NCBI GenBank assembly: GCA_965637545.1
Contig: OZ281500.1
Location: forward strand, 5,704,001-5,768,000
Length of the DNA: 64,000 nucleotides
Source: Phallusia mammillata
Lineage: Eukaryota
Reading direction: 5' to 3'
The notes under the pieces are model-generated. The model worked only from the letters and a program-made list of their open reading frames with translations. It searched no databases and was not told the origin of the DNA. How positions within the stretch are numbered: the stretch's first letter is position 1; every line of letters begins with the position of its first letter. Shown piece after piece: positions 62,021-64,000 of this stretch. Made by a program: the position numbers and the translations under genes.

Positions 62021-64000
62021 CATTTTAAAAAATGTGTAAAACATTTTCACATTAAAACGTGTTCTAAACTTTCCAAACGTCATTTAGCCTTTTATCTCAC
62101 TGATATAGCACCAACTTTTGCTGAAACGTTCAAAAAGAAAGAACATCGTTTCTCGGTCTTCTAATAGTCTACGTCCATAAGCTGGAGGTTCGAAATGATT
62201 GAGCACAAACCCCCAACGATACAAACGACAAAGCCTAGCTACTTTTCTGTGTACAATGGTACTCTTGGTTGCAGAACAGGGAAAGTCCCCCATAAATCTT
62301 TGTGGCAAGTTGGGCTGTGTAAATAAGCGTCACCGTTGAAATACTTTGCTGAATAGACCCATTGTTGAGCCCCAAAGACAGCAAGCAGTCGCCAGAAAAA
62401 CAGGTCAGAGTAACCATTTCTAATGAACATAAGTCAAAATCAAAACATTTAAACAAAAAACGTGTGAAGATTTTTAGCTTTAAAAGTTGTCTTTGAAGTA
62501 TCCTTGTTGCAAGTTATCTCCATAAATGAAGTGCAAATTGTTTTTCCTGCGTGACCGCAACACATGGTATTAAACTCCACAGCTAACATGTGACCATTAC
62601 AGATATTTCAAAAGGTAAACAAAAAAACGTCAGAAACTAAAGCGAGAATATGGGTCAGAATCACTGTCTTTAAAACAGAAACCCAAATTTACGTCAAAAC
62701 CTATCTAACATTGCAAAATTGTATCTGGGTCACGTCTTCACGCTTTTCTGCTAGTGCCGGCCGGCGAAAAACGTGCGAGGCGTTTCTTGTGCCCAGAATC
62801 GACTTTGGCTCTGACCTTTTCTAGGAACATCACGCCACTGACATGGCTCTTATCGATACCGCATTTAAAGCAGAAGTCAGATGCCACTTCGCAGACCTCG
62901 AACGGCTATAAGTATGGGTCGGTGGTTTACCAAAGACAGTTGGACAGGTCTTCGAAATAATAATTACTTTTACACGTTTTTTATGTTGTAAATTTCGACT
63001 TTTGCGAGAAAAATAACATGTTTGCAAAAGTTACCTGCAACCGTTGAAGATGAATAATACACATCAACTAAATCACTAATCAGCAGGTCTTGTTGACATT
63101 CGTAACACCAAGAGAACATCAAACACCTATTAGATTTACACACGTGAACAACCAAAAGCAATCGTTTTTCACGACTATTAGTCACAAAAGCAAGGTTTGA
63201 TCAAAAATGGACAAGTTAATATTACACCAATGTTTACAGGCTGTTGCTAGCGCAAAAACACACGTTTAAAACAAAACAAAAAGCACTATCACACACTGTT
63301 CTAGGACCAGGCTCTTTGATTTATAGGTAAATCGCGATACACGGAACGACAACGCCCGCAACACACCCCTTTCTACTCGCAAACACTTCTTCGAAAGGCG
63401 CTTGACACAAACAGGAACCCGACTCGACGCAATGTGTCTCTAGCGCCACCATTGGATATAATTAGCCCCAAAAAGGTGAACATTTTTATACGCGCCAATA
63501 GGGTTCCCAATAAACTATATAGGGTTCCCAGTAAATAAGGTTGATCTGAAAAAATGTGTAAAAAAAACTTTGATAAATTTATAACTAAGTTCCACTACAA
63601 ATTTATCCAATCCATTTCCAATTCTTAAAATTCCATTCTCGAGAATGTTTTAATTGTAAACATTTTATCAGACGCTATTGTTATCTTGTTTTAAAAAGTG
63701 CTTTTATCTGAAAGTGCATCGGCTTTGATAATCATACGCAATCGGCTCGCTGACGCAATTGCTGTGATTTTGCTGCTACCAAAACACAACGTTTAGACGT
63801 TTTGCATGTTATCTCGCATAACGGCAGACGGAGAATTGTACCTTTCCTACTGATTTGTATATTACAAGTGTGTGTGCTTGTGCTGCAGTCAGATCTACAG
63901 ATTCCGATAAGACCATGGGCCAATTTTACGGTTAGGAATTACGGCGATAAGCATCAAAATCTCAGTCTCATTGTCCACGTTGGAAAATGTCGTTGTACGT

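Noticed and set aside
62281-62375. GAAAGTCCCC resembling RNase MRP CR-I, with a GGGGCTCA-like motif nearby
   Set aside because: The two P4 halves lie on opposite strands and cannot form one RNA.
1-64000. CRISPR arrays, rRNA, autonomous transposase or reverse transcriptase ORFs
   Set aside because: No regularly spaced repeat-spacer array, no rRNA-like sequence and no long uninterrupted ORF.

Overview
AT-rich, intron-containing eukaryotic DNA, most consistent with an ascidian or other invertebrate chordate (inference from gene content and intron sizes). I reconstructed three spliced genes by hand from GT-AG junctions with consistent phases. (1) A minus-strand DD3-3-like gene with 13 exons in the window (10521->504) that continues past the left edge. 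(2) A complete plus-strand DD3-3-like paralog with 14 exons (11669-19056, 671 aa), head-to-head with the first across 1147 bp. (3) A convergent minus-strand class B1 (secretin-family) GPCR most similar to glucagon-group receptors, with 9 secure exons (31834->20346) and two competing first coding exons: one at 34.6 kb carrying a +1 frameshift and one at 39.9 kb. The most striking non-coding feature is a 205-bp foldback in intron 8 of the first DD3-3 gene. It carries a complete type I hammerhead ribozyme on each strand and is bracketed by a 12-bp direct repeat, resembling a Penelope-like/retrozyme insertion. Other highlights are a tandem duplication of the splice acceptor just before GPCR TM1, a cupredoxin-like signature at the DD3-3 C-terminus, and several hAT and Tigger-type MITEs. 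About 24 kb (40-64 kb) has no recognisable gene. No rRNA, intact tRNA or CRISPR array was found.
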